Assembly: GCA_963722075.1 (NCBI GenBank)
Contig: CAVRJM010000001.1
Span: 1,152,001-1,216,000 of the forward strand
Direction: 5' to 3'
Source of the DNA: Candidatus Babeliales bacterium
GTDB lineage: Bacteria > Babelota > Babeliae > Babelales > JANWKD01
Length of the DNA stretch: 64,000 nucleotides
The translations under genes were made by a program, and so were the position numbers. Positions 51,117 to 60,597 of the stretch are shown here, in pieces. Each line of letters starts with the position of its first letter. Position 1 is the first letter of the stretch. Below the pieces are notes generated by a model. The model saw nothing but the letters and a program-made list of their open reading frames with translations. It did no database searches and was not told the DNA's origin.

Positions 51117-51791
51117 ATGTCTATATATAAGAATGTGCTTATTATTTTTTCTTTTGTTTTCATGAGTTGCTGTGCAATGAATGATGAGCAAAGGAGTTAT
51201 TCAACATTAATGATAGATTCTCCATTTGCTGATAGTGCAAATGTCCATGGCTATAATCAATATGCGTCTACTGAATTTCAGCGATATTGTTTTGAGAAAT
51301 TGATTCCTAAAGATGTTGTTGCTGATGTCTTACTTGAGTTATTTGAGAAAAAATTATTGATAATGTCCGATGAAGAGGCCGTGCATGGTGAAGAATCCCC
51401 TGCTGATTTCGATCAGCATATAAAACTATCTTCTCTTGAGCTACTTTCCTATAAACCGATATATGAAAAAGAAATTACAGCACTGCAAAAGGAACTGGAC
51501 GAAAAAAGACTTCCGCTTTCATTTGTTGTACCAACGGCAGGATTGTTAGCAATATCATTTGGGTCAATGGTGCAGTTTTCAATGCTCAAAGAGCCGTTGC
51601 TTAATTTCGATGAGGTTTCTGGTGTGGTCTGGGCGTCAATGATGCTTGCGGAGGGATTATATTTTGGATTTTATACCTCAAAAGATCGAAAAGAAGTAAA
51701 AATGCTTCGCCAGATCCACCGATTACAGAAAATCTTAAATTATATAAAGAAATTTGAAAACAAACCAAATCGAATACAGGTAGATTTATAA
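51117..51791 (+). CDS. Hypothetical secreted protein with coiled coil and two adjacent TMs
   Basis: Likely start MSIYKNV (ORF track start 51084); signal peptide ending CCA|MN. Confidence 0.65.
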   Translation: MSIYKNVLIIFSFVFMSCCAMNDEQRSYSTLMIDSPFADSANVHGYNQYASTEFQRYCFEKLIPKDVVADVLLELFEKKLLIMSDEEAVHGEESPADFDQHIKLSSLELLSYKPIYEKEITALQKELDEKRLPLSFVVPTAGLLAISFGSMVQFSMLKEPLLNFDEVSGVVWASMMLAEGLYFGFYTSKDRKEVKMLRQIHRLQKILNYIKKFENKPNRIQVDL

Positions 51792-51794
51792 ATT

Positions 51795-52391
51795 ATGAAT
51801 ATCTTAAACCGAATGTTAATTCTATTTTTTCTTGTCGCGCCTTCAAAAAGTTATTCAATGGAAGTAGGTAAAGTTTTTACTGATTTTCTTGCCAAGAATA
51901 ACGTTCTTGAAACTGCTGATAAATATGGTGCCGGAATTTTTGCATTAACGGCAGGCTCGGTTATAGGATATTCAATTTTATTTAATATTATTTCAGACCG
52001 TATAAGCCCTTATAAACAACGAGCAGGAAAAGATGCTAAACCAAATTCCTGGTTTGCAATAAAGCAAGGAATAAAAGAAGGATATAAGATGGGTTTAGGA
52101 ATAGGAGCTATGGTTACTCTCACAAGCAAAATTGGGCCATGGCCTACATTTAATAATAATGAGTTAATAAAGCCGTTGGCTTCAGGATTGGCTTTTATAG
52201 GGTTATTTTCTTTTTATGATAGTTACAAAAAACTTAAACTTTACGAGAAGTTTGAGAATGAATGGACAAAGAATAAGTTATTCGTGCGTGATGCAAAACT
52301 AACTTCTCAACATTTTGCATATCTAGCGCCGCTATGGTTATTAGGTTATATAGCACATCATCGCTTGCAAAAAAATTTGGTACTAATATGA
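51795..52391 (+). CDS. Membrane protein, tandem paralog 1
   Basis: Signal peptide ending SYS|ME; TSKIGPWPTF..ELIKP motif. Confidence 0.7.
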   Translation: MNILNRMLILFFLVAPSKSYSMEVGKVFTDFLAKNNVLETADKYGAGIFALTAGSVIGYSILFNIISDRISPYKQRAGKDAKPNSWFAIKQGIKEGYKMGLGIGAMVTLTSKIGPWPTFNNNELIKPLASGLAFIGLFSFYDSYKKLKLYEKFENEWTKNKLFVRDAKLTSQHFAYLAPLWLLGYIAHHRLQKNLVLI

Positions 52392-52987
52392 ATATAAAAA
52401 AATTATTATTTATTTTTCTGTTAATTCCGACTGCCTCAAATTATTCCATGGAATTGACTAAGCCAATTCTCAATTCGATGGCAAATTCAGAAACGGCAAA
52501 AATGTTTGCATTAACTGCCGGAGTTTCTGTTGCACTTAGTTGTGCAGAGGTTCCATTGCGATTTGGTTATTATGAAGAAGATCAGAGAAAAGAATTGGTT
52601 TCCCAGTTAAAGTCAGGGAAATTTATAGCAAAAAAAATCCTGGCCGATGGGATCTTGTGTGGAGGCCTTATAACCTTATGCGCACGGCTTGGTTCTAAGT
52701 GGCCACAATATACTAATGAGGAGTTCATAAAGCAGGGCAAGATTCTTATGGCATTGGTAACAATACCATCATTTTTGATATGCGGGATAAGCTATGCATG
52801 TAATCCATTCGGCAATGCATTAGATCCTATAAAAAGAAGATGGGAACATCGATGGCGGCAATCATTAAATAAAGAGAGGCGGGCTTTTAGCACAGGGTTA
52901 ACCCATCTTATTTACTTTGTTTGTTATAATTTGGGAGCAGTTGGGTTTCCGTTATATATACTTTTTAATCGTTATAGAGCACGTTAA
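52388..52987 (+). CDS. Membrane protein, tandem paralog 2 (likely start 52388, ATGA overlap)
   Basis: MNIKKLL...NYS|ME; CARLGSKWPQY..EFIK motif. Confidence 0.7.
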   Translation: MNIKKLLFIFLLIPTASNYSMELTKPILNSMANSETAKMFALTAGVSVALSCAEVPLRFGYYEEDQRKELVSQLKSGKFIAKKILADGILCGGLITLCARLGSKWPQYTNEEFIKQGKILMALVTIPSFLICGISYACNPFGNALDPIKRRWEHRWRQSLNKERRAFSTGLTHLIYFVCYNLGAVGFPLYILFNRYRAR

Positions 52988-52995
52988 AGGGTTTT

Positions 52996-53547
52996 ATGAA
53001 TATAAAAAATATTATGATCATTTTGTTGTTTGGAATATCATTGCAGCAAGTCAAGGCGATGGATAAAGAAAATTTGAAAGAAATGGCTGTTATAATAGGA
53101 GGGGCTGCTATTGTATGTGGTACTTTTAAACATATTAAAGATCACTATTGTCCTTATTTTAAATATAAAACATCAAAAAAATTTGGTACAAATAGGCAAG
53201 CGATTATGAGTGAGCTACATCCATTTTTGCATGGTAGTTTATACGGAATTGCTTTGGCTTGCACTGCTCGATTAGGAAATTTTGGACCTAAATTAACAGC
53301 TCTTGAGTTGGCAAAACCGGTTATTGCTTCAATGGTTGGCGGCATGGCATTATCGGGTTTGTTAGGAGTCGCATATAAATATTATTCAGGATCTCAAAAA
53401 AAACAATCAAAAATTATCAGAACTACGTCTCAATGGGTAGATATTGTTTTGCCTAGTATTGCGGTTTTCTGTGTTGATGCATATCGAGTAAAAAATCTAG
53501 TATGGGCTGATTTTTTGAATAGCTACAATCGCTATAAAATGAGTTAA
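52996..53547 (+). CDS. Membrane protein, tandem paralog 3
   Basis: MNIKNIM...VKA|MD; TARLGNFGPKL..ELAKP motif. Confidence 0.7.
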   Translation: MNIKNIMIILLFGISLQQVKAMDKENLKEMAVIIGGAAIVCGTFKHIKDHYCPYFKYKTSKKFGTNRQAIMSELHPFLHGSLYGIALACTARLGNFGPKLTALELAKPVIASMVGGMALSGLLGVAYKYYSGSQKKQSKIIRTTSQWVDIVLPSIAVFCVDAYRVKNLVWADFLNSYNRYKMS

Positions 53548-53572
53548 AATTAACTAAATTGTTTAAAATGGT

Positions 53573-53605
53573 AAAGGCCGATAATGAAAAAATCGGCCTT
53601 TTTTT
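53573..53605 (+). terminator. Rho-independent terminator
   Basis: aaaggccgat-loop-atcggccttt followed by T run. Confidence 0.8.
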
Positions 53606-53705
53606 ATCCAAAAAATACAATTATTGAAAATTATTAAAAAAATTTACTATGCTCTTTATTAATTAAATGTCTGTTAATTAATATTTGTAAAAAAGGGGGG
53701 AGTGT

Positions 53706-54656
53706 ATGAAATTATATGAAATAATTTTGTTGTTAATAACAATCATTCATATGAATTGCATGTTTGGAATGAATCAAGGAGAAGATTCTTGGATGTATGG
53801 TAGTGGTTCTCACTTAGCATCTTCTTCTTTACCCGCTACTCCACGTACACCACGCTCTCAAGAAGAACTTACTGCTGTTTCTCAACATTTTGGTAGCTTG
53901 AGTGAATCAGCATATATTCCAGTTCAATTTAGATCTGTGGCAATGATAACAGAAACGCCTTTTAATAGCCCATCAAATCGAAACTCACCTAGTGCCGATT
54001 TTGAAAGCGGTTCTAGTGAAAGCAGTAGCGACAATAGTGATAGCGATAATGAAGATGAAGCAAAAAATAAACCAAAAAATAAAGCACTTACGCAAAAAGC
54101 AGCATTAAGCTTAAATTGCATACTAAATAATAAAAACGAGCTATCTCAATTTGGAATTCTATATACAAATCCTCTTTTACAAGGGCGAGCGTTTGTTCAA
54201 TTTTTAAAGCAAAAAAAACTTATAGTCAAAGAAAACGATACTAATGAAAATAATGTTTCATTAGATACCGTTGTGCGGCTCAAAGAAGCGGTGCAACAAT
54301 ATAAAAATCATTTAGAAATAATGATACAAGAAAAAAATATAGAAAAAGCATCTATTAATAAAAGTTTATATTGGGGCTTTGCGTCATTGGCAACTCTTCC
54401 ATTTATAGGGATTTCTTCTTATTTAATAAGCATATCCGATTTATTATATAAGGATTGCGCGAAATATTATGCATTAGGATTAGGGGCACTTACGTTGAGT
54501 TACGGCGTATATAAAGTAACTAGTGGAATATCTAAAAGTAAGTGCATCAATGAATGCTTAAAGGAATATAAAGTTGAACATGATATTGCCTTTGATTTAG
54601 TTAATCGAACTATACCGTATGCAGAAGGTCAATCAAATACAGGTCAATTACAATAA
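53706..54656 (+). CDS. Hypothetical secreted protein with Ser/acidic low-complexity region, coiled coil and two TMs
   Basis: GGGGGGAG RBS; signal peptide ending MFG|MN. Confidence 0.75.
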   Translation: MKLYEIILLLITIIHMNCMFGMNQGEDSWMYGSGSHLASSSLPATPRTPRSQEELTAVSQHFGSLSESAYIPVQFRSVAMITETPFNSPSNRNSPSADFESGSSESSSDNSDSDNEDEAKNKPKNKALTQKAALSLNCILNNKNELSQFGILYTNPLLQGRAFVQFLKQKKLIVKENDTNENNVSLDTVVRLKEAVQQYKNHLEIMIQEKNIEKASINKSLYWGFASLATLPFIGISSYLISISDLLYKDCAKYYALGLGALTLSYGVYKVTSGISKSKCINECLKEYKVEHDIAFDLVNRTIPYAEGQSNTGQLQ

Positions 54657-56069
54657 CTTTGCTAGTATTTCTTGTTCATTAAAATAAAATTTCTGATTAC
54701 CAATAATTTGATAATGATCAGGGCCTTTACCAAGAAGAGCAATAATTGAATGTGCTGTTGAGCATCGATATGCTTTTTGTATTGCTTGTTCTCGATCAAG
54801 TTCAATTACTATATTAGGTTTTAAATGAGCAGGAATTGTGTGGATCATTTCTTGTATAATAACTACCGGATCTTCTGAGCGTGGATTATCTGAAGTTAAA
54901 ATGACTATATCTGCGTAGGTTGCTGCTAATAACCCCATATCAGGACGTTTTTGCTTATCGCGATCGCCGCCTGCGCCACATACCACAATTAAATGCGGGG
55001 TAAGAGTACGCAACGTAGAAAGTACCGATTGATATGATGAAGGATTATGCGCATAATCAATAAAGCAGATTGCTTTATTAGGGAGCATGTATTTTTCTAG
55101 CCGGCCAGGAACATAATTAAACGTCATTAACGCGGTGATACCTCGTGGTGCATTAATTCCTAATAAAAGACATACAGCAAAAGCAAAAACAATATTATAG
55201 GCATTAAATTCACCAATAAGTGGTGAGGAAATAATATATGTCTCTTTATTATAATTAAGATGAATTTGTAAGCCATTAGGTAAATTAGAACCTATTGAAA
55301 AACTAAAATGCGCCGTATCAGATTTACTGATAGTAAAAAGCGAAGCAGCTAACGGTATGTTTTTCTTTATCCATTCATTATCATGATTAATAATAACGAA
55401 ACCATTTTCTTTTGTTTGCTTTAAAAGCATGGATTTAGCATGAAAATAATCATCAAGACATGGATAAAATTCTGCATGTTCTTGATCAAAATTAGTAAAT
55501 AAGAATGCTTCAAATTCAATCCCGTATACGCGATCCAGCGTATATGCTTGTGCCGCTACTTCCATTACCACATAATCGATATTGTTCTTAACGCATTCAT
55601 TAAAAAAAACGTGTAAATAATCGGGATGTTGGGTGGTTAATTGAGTCGGCAATATATGTCGGTTGATTTTATTGTATACGGTACTTAATAATGCAGTTTT
55701 ATAACCAGCGGCTGCTAGCATATGTTCAATTAAAAAACTGGTTGTTGTTTTACCTTTGGTACCGGTAATGGCAATAATTTTCAATTTTTTAGCGGGGTGA
55801 TCTAAAGCGTCAGCACTTAATTCAGCCAATGCACGCCGTGCATTGGCAACACGAACCACTACAGCCTTTTTTTGCGCTAATTCTTTTTGTATATGCGCTG
55901 GAATTATTCGTTGTTCTTCAATAACAATGGTGGCGGCGCCGCGCTCTAATGCAGTGGCAATAAAATCCATGCCATCCATTTTAGCACCCTTAATCACCAC
56001 AAAAGTGCTCTTAGGACCAACAAAATCGGTGTGGCAGGTAACCGGAAATATACGAGGAAAATTATTCAT
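54648..56069 (-). CDS. murE: UDP-MurNAc-L-Ala-D-Glu--diaminopimelate ligase
   Basis: ITGTKGKTTT, VPGRLE, DYAHNP, GAGGDRDKQKRP, DNPR (DAP-type), GKG. Confidence 0.95.
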   Translation of the reverse strand: MNNFPRIFPVTCHTDFVGPKSTFVVIKGAKMDGMDFIATALERGAATIVIEEQRIIPAHIQKELAQKKAVVVRVANARRALAELSADALDHPAKKLKIIAITGTKGKTTTSFLIEHMLAAAGYKTALLSTVYNKINRHILPTQLTTQHPDYLHVFFNECVKNNIDYVVMEVAAQAYTLDRVYGIEFEAFLFTNFDQEHAEFYPCLDDYFHAKSMLLKQTKENGFVIINHDNEWIKKNIPLAASLFTISKSDTAHFSFSIGSNLPNGLQIHLNYNKETYIISSPLIGEFNAYNIVFAFAVCLLLGINAPRGITALMTFNYVPGRLEKYMLPNKAICFIDYAHNPSSYQSVLSTLRTLTPHLIVVCGAGGDRDKQKRPDMGLLAATYADIVILTSDNPRSEDPVVIIQEMIHTIPAHLKPNIVIELDREQAIQKAYRCSTAHSIIALLGKGPDHYQIIGNQKFYFNEQEILAKLL

Positions 56070-57402
56070 GGTGATGAGCTACATGTTCCTTCAAACCACG
56101 TTTAATTACTGGAAGTAAAAATAATATACCAAACATATTGATGGTTAACAGTGCTGTATTAATTAAATCGGTCATATTCCAAATAAGATCAACTTTTGCC
56201 AATGCACCTAGGAAGGTAGCAGTACAAAATAAAATATTGCAGAGATTAATGAATTTGCCATGGGTTAAAAAAAGCCAACAGCTGCGTGCTATATAGGCAT
56301 AAGAAACAAGCACACCAAGTCCAAAACTAACGGAGAGAAAGGTGACGATCCAACCTCCTATGGTGCCAAATACCGTTTCATATGCAGAAATAGTCAAATC
56401 TAAGCTTGTTTGGCCATTATCCCATACTTGAGATGCGATGAGCATAAGCCCGATTGAAAAACAGACCAAGTTTGAACTAATAAACGTACTGAGCATCGAC
56501 ATAATACCATCATCGACCGGATCTTTACTACTTGAGCCACCAAAAATAACGGCTGCGGTACCTAAACCTGCTTCAGATGCGTTAAGCGTGCGATAAATGC
56601 CAAAACGAAATGCTTGCTGAACGCTATAACCAAGTGCGCCACCCAAAGCAGCATAGGGCGTAAATGCAGATTTTATTATCAATAAGAGTGATGGGATGAT
56701 TGCTGCATAATGATAGCAAAGAATAATTACAGCAGAAACAAAAAAAACACCAACCTTAATGGGTACAATTTTATCCGACACCCAAATAATCCTCTTTGCG
56801 CCACCCAACATAACGTAGAGCATAAAAATTAAAAGAATGATCGCAATAGTAAGTGCATCGATACCAAAGATGCGCACACAACCTAAGCGAATCGTATTTG
56901 CTTGCATCGCATTTCCGGTGGTAAAAGCAAGAAATAAACAAAATAATGCATAAAGATAGGGGAGGAAAGAACCGCCAGGAATTTTACTTAAATATACCAT
57001 TGGTCCACCAACAACATTATTATTCCAATGCTGTACACCGAATGCAGTACTTAAATAAACTTCGCAATAGCGAATAGCCATACCCAATAATCCATATATA
57101 AACATCCAGAACGCAGCCCCGGGACCACCTGAATAGATAGCGGTTGCCATACCACCAATACTCCCGTTTCCTAAACTTGTGCTTAATGCATTTAAAAACG
57201 CTTGAAAGGGAGTCATATCAGCGGTGGTTGGTGCAGAGGTTCCACTTTTTTTAAAAAGAAGGAGTTTCCAGGCGGTACAAAAATAGCGGAATTGAATGAA
57301 ATTGAGTGTAATCATAATGATGATGGCTATGGTAATAAAAAAAATAATGGTTGGCCACCATAAATAATTATTTAATAATAAGACCCAATCATTCAGTTCC
57401 AT
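56062..57402 (-). CDS. Alanine/glycine:cation symporter (AGCS family)
   Basis: TPFQAF, GNGSIGGMATAIYSGGPGAAFWM, GGPMVYL, EAGLGTA. Confidence 0.92.
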   Translation of the reverse strand: MELNDWVLLLNNYLWWPTIIFFITIAIIIMITLNFIQFRYFCTAWKLLLFKKSGTSAPTTADMTPFQAFLNALSTSLGNGSIGGMATAIYSGGPGAAFWMFIYGLLGMAIRYCEVYLSTAFGVQHWNNNVVGGPMVYLSKIPGGSFLPYLYALFCLFLAFTTGNAMQANTIRLGCVRIFGIDALTIAIILLIFMLYVMLGGAKRIIWVSDKIVPIKVGVFFVSAVIILCYHYAAIIPSLLLIIKSAFTPYAALGGALGYSVQQAFRFGIYRTLNASEAGLGTAAVIFGGSSSKDPVDDGIMSMLSTFISSNLVCFSIGLMLIASQVWDNGQTSLDLTISAYETVFGTIGGWIVTFLSVSFGLGVLVSYAYIARSCWLFLTHGKFINLCNILFCTATFLGALAKVDLIWNMTDLINTALLTINMFGILFLLPVIKRGLKEHVAHHHE

Positions 57403-57414
57403 ATGGCTTTTCCT

Positions 57415-58248
57415 TTATTTATAAATGCCTAATTTTTTTAATTTTTGTGCAACTGATTTATAGTGATAATTTTTGCAATGAATATACTCAATATTTGGAA
57501 TCCCAAGTTCTTTAAGCTTATTAATGAAAGATTCTTCAGTATCGATATAGACAATTCGTTGTTGCGGTTGCATTGCAATACCAAATTTTTTAAATGCTTC
57601 TCTATAGAAAGCAGGATCAGGCTTCATTACATGGGATTCACCCGAGGTGAACTTGCCACTTGCCAAATCAATAACAGATTTGATTGCCGGATTCTTTTCA
57701 AACTCATTAAAAGTTGCAGTGCTTTGGTTGGTTGCATAATAGATTTTATGACGGGGATTGCCATTATGATCGCGTGCAGCGTGAATGGCACGAATGATTT
57801 TAGCGGCATCATGATCACAATCACGTGCCTGGGCAAAACGAGAAGGGGTTAAAATATGAGCGGCTAATGATTGAAACAATTTAGTATTTATACCAAGAGC
57901 ATCCATTTTTCTTAATTCTTGTAAAACATGGTCTCTGATTTGTTCAGGCGGTTGGATATCGCATACCCAGTTTTTAATAATCTGTGGCATCACTAATTCC
58001 TCTTTATAGACATACGGGAAAGAAGGATCTTGAGGTAAAATAGTCTCAAATGCCTTAAAAAGATTTTCTACGATTTTAATGGGATTGTAAAATCCTATTA
58101 AATTTGAAGGGCCTACATCCCAAATGGTTCGGCTTCTTACTTCTCTAATAAAAAAATCACTATCAATAATAATATAATCTGCCTGTATCAGTGAAGAAGA
58201 CAATAAAAATGTCAGAGAAAAAATCTGTTTTACCGATAAATTCATCAA
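57415..58248 (-). CDS. HAD-superfamily-like protein with signal peptide
   Basis: IIIDSD, YATN, MKPDPAFY, VYID. Confidence 0.6.
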   Translation of the reverse strand: MMNLSVKQIFSLTFLLSSSLIQADYIIIDSDFFIREVRSRTIWDVGPSNLIGFYNPIKIVENLFKAFETILPQDPSFPYVYKEELVMPQIIKNWVCDIQPPEQIRDHVLQELRKMDALGINTKLFQSLAAHILTPSRFAQARDCDHDAAKIIRAIHAARDHNGNPRHKIYYATNQSTATFNEFEKNPAIKSVIDLASGKFTSGESHVMKPDPAFYREAFKKFGIAMQPQQRIVYIDTEESFINKLKELGIPNIEYIHCKNYHYKSVAQKLKKLGIYK

Positions 58249-58406
58249 AAACCCTTTTTAAAATATACACCGATTCATATTAGTTTATATTATATATAAT
58301 TGAAAAATAAAGCTATTTATGTATTGTTTATTATGGGTAAAATAGAATGATACATCGTTATATAACTTCATCTCTAGCTGTTAAATAACAGATTCAAGGA
58401 AAAAGT

Positions 58407-58810
58407 GTGAAAATTCTTGCATTAGATATAGGGGATCAATGGGTTGGATCTGCTTTATCAGATTCAATAGGTCTTCTTGCAAAACCATATAAAACAATCC
58501 AGGCAGCAACATTGGAGCAATTTTTAGTGGATTCTTTTAAAGCTGAACCGATTGATACCGTAGTGATTGGGTATCCTATTACCATGCGTGCAACAAAAAG
58601 TATGCAAACGGAGGCTATTATCAAAAAAAAGAAGAGCTGGAAAAAAAGTTTCCCCAGATTAATTGGGTATTATGGGATGAGCGATTAAGTAGTAAACGTG
58701 CACAATCATTGAAAAAAGCAATTACTAAAGAAGAAAAAATTAAAGCCCATTCATATGCAGCCGCTTTTATTTTGGAATCATATTTAGAATACCAAAAAAA
58801 TTTAATTTAA
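58407..58810 (+). CDS. ruvX: RuvX/YqgF pre-16S rRNA nuclease, interrupted at an A8 tract (needs -1 shift)
   Basis: [22 protein letters not shown] in frame 0; [24 protein letters not shown]...[10 protein letters not shown] in the -1 frame to TAA 58810. Confidence 0.85.
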
Positions 58811-59008
58811 TTTTTTTAAAAAAATATTGATTATTATTTAGTTTTCGGGCAAAATAACTAGCTTATTGATTTTCATTGTTGACTTCTTTTTTATTCATTG
58901 TTTAGATTATAAAAAAGGAAGAAATAATCGTGGTGGGCTTAGTTAAAAATATTTTTTTGCCATAAGCACCTGTAGCCCAACAAATCTTGAACTATTCAGG
59001 AGAGATTA

Positions 59009-59188
59009 ATGAAGTGCAAAAAATGTTCTGGGCTTATGGTATTGCAATCATTTTTTGATCATTTTTTAAATTTTGAAGGCTGGAAATGCCTTAATTGTGG
59101 CAAGGTGATTGCAAAAAAAGAAAAAACAATAGAATATGATGCTTTTAGTATTTTTTATCAACAGCAAAAATGTAAAAACAAAAATTAA
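59009..59188 (+). CDS. Small zinc-ribbon protein (59 aa), not in ORF track
   Basis: CAGGAG RBS; MKCKKCSGLM...GWKCLNCGK (two CxxC pairs). Confidence 0.8.
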   Translation: MKCKKCSGLMVLQSFFDHFLNFEGWKCLNCGKVIAKKEKTIEYDAFSIFYQQQKCKNKN

Positions 59189-59200
59189 TTAAATGACAAA

Positions 59201-59875
59201 ATGCCTTATTTTTTAACGCTACAAGCACATTATACTAATTTTGAAGTGGGGATATTCTCCGATAATACCCTGCTAAGCTATTATACTGATGATAAAAAAT
59301 ATGCAAGTCGTGATTTAGTTCCTATCATTCAATCTATTCTTACAAAAAATAAAATCAATGTTACGGATCTTGATGGTATTATCGTTAATAAGGGTCCAGC
59401 GCCCTTTACGAGTTTGCGGGTGATTATTACCACTGCTAATGGTCTTTCATTTGCAGATAATGTTCCCTTAATTGGTGTTAATGGGCTGGAAGCATTATTG
59501 CTAGAGCATAAAAACCTTGCATGGCCTATTACCGTGGCTTTATTAAATGCATTTAATAATGATGTTTATTATGGAATAGATGCTCACGATGCAATTGAAA
59601 TAGGTTGTGAAAATGGCGAGCATTTTTTATTAGCGCTTAAAGAGCGCTATAAAAATAGGTCTATTCGATTTATTGGTAATGGTGCCCAATTATTTATCCA
59701 GCAAATAAAAGCGACATTTGGTACACAAGCCTTTATACAAGAACCATTCGTTGATGCGCCTTCGCTTCAAATAATAACGCACAAAGGAATCGAGATGTTT
59801 GAACAAAAACAGTATATCCAATCTCCATTACTTCCACTTTATTTAAAAAATATCCGCTATACGCCCGCTATTTAA
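59201..59875 (+). CDS. tsaB: tRNA t6A biosynthesis protein TsaB
   Basis: DLDGIIVNKGPAPFTSLRVIITTANGL, PLIGVNGLEAL, LLPLYL. Confidence 0.88.
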   Translation: MPYFLTLQAHYTNFEVGIFSDNTLLSYYTDDKKYASRDLVPIIQSILTKNKINVTDLDGIIVNKGPAPFTSLRVIITTANGLSFADNVPLIGVNGLEALLLEHKNLAWPITVALLNAFNNDVYYGIDAHDAIEIGCENGEHFLLALKERYKNRSIRFIGNGAQLFIQQIKATFGTQAFIQEPFVDAPSLQIITHKGIEMFEQKQYIQSPLLPLYLKNIRYTPAI

Positions 59876-60206
59876 GTTCAATATCCCCATAGATATCAGA
59901 TGTTCCATACATATGTGAAAAACCAGCGATCTCTTTTTCACGTGCTGATAGCATGCTTTCATCTGTTTGATTAATTGGTTGCTGTGTTTGTTGTTCGGTA
60001 TCTGATGGTTGAGTAATAGGTCGTATTCTCATGGAGCCAGGCGTTGTCACTAATGCATGTGCCGGTGCATGTTGCGTTGATACTGATGGATGATCATATG
60101 TTTTAAGAATTCTTATATAAGAAGGGTTTGCTGTTCGATCGCCTAAAATAGTGGCATCTACTGAAAAAAATAATGATAAGAATATTAGAAAATAACTATA
60201 TTTCAT
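59868..60206 (-). CDS. Hypothetical secreted protein
   Basis: Signal peptide ending VDA; AAGGGG RBS. Confidence 0.6.
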   Translation of the reverse strand: MKYSYFLIFLSLFFSVDATILGDRTANPSYIRILKTYDHPSVSTQHAPAHALVTTPGSMRIRPITQPSDTEQQTQQPINQTDESMLSAREKEIAGFSHMYGTSDIYGDIELK

Positions 60207-60323
60207 ACATAACCCCTTCTGTCTATAGTATGATTATATCAAATAGAATTAACGCATTTCAATTATTTTTTAATTGATTTCTGGGTGTATATTTTTGTAC
60301 ACTGTAAAAGAAGGAGTTAGATC

Positions 60324-60596
60324 ATGAAAAAAATAGAAAAAAATAAAAGAAAAGCTAAAAAAGAAGTTCATAAAGAGCAAAAAATTACCCAAGCGCAAAT
60401 GAAGGAAAAACTGGATAGTAAATGGGAAGAATTGATGCATTCTCCACAACAAAAAAAATTATCTGCAGGGGCAGAAGCTATTTTTGAAATAAAAAGAACA
60501 AGAAACCATTGGGGTAACAAGCAATTATGGGGCTATAAAGATAAAGGCCGGCACAAGCCAGGCCATGCAACACCTAAGGTAAAGAAAAAGAAATAA
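60324..60596 (+). CDS. Small Lys-rich basic protein
   Basis: AAGGAG RBS; 90 aa, highly basic. Confidence 0.7.
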   Translation: MKKIEKNKRKAKKEVHKEQKITQAQMKEKLDSKWEELMHSPQQKKLSAGAEAIFEIKRTRNHWGNKQLWGYKDKGRHKPGHATPKVKKKK

Positions 60597-60597
60597 T

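Noticed and set aside
60324..60596. Basic protein as ribosomal, histone-like or ArfA-like factor
   Set aside because: Only compositional similarity; no diagnostic motif
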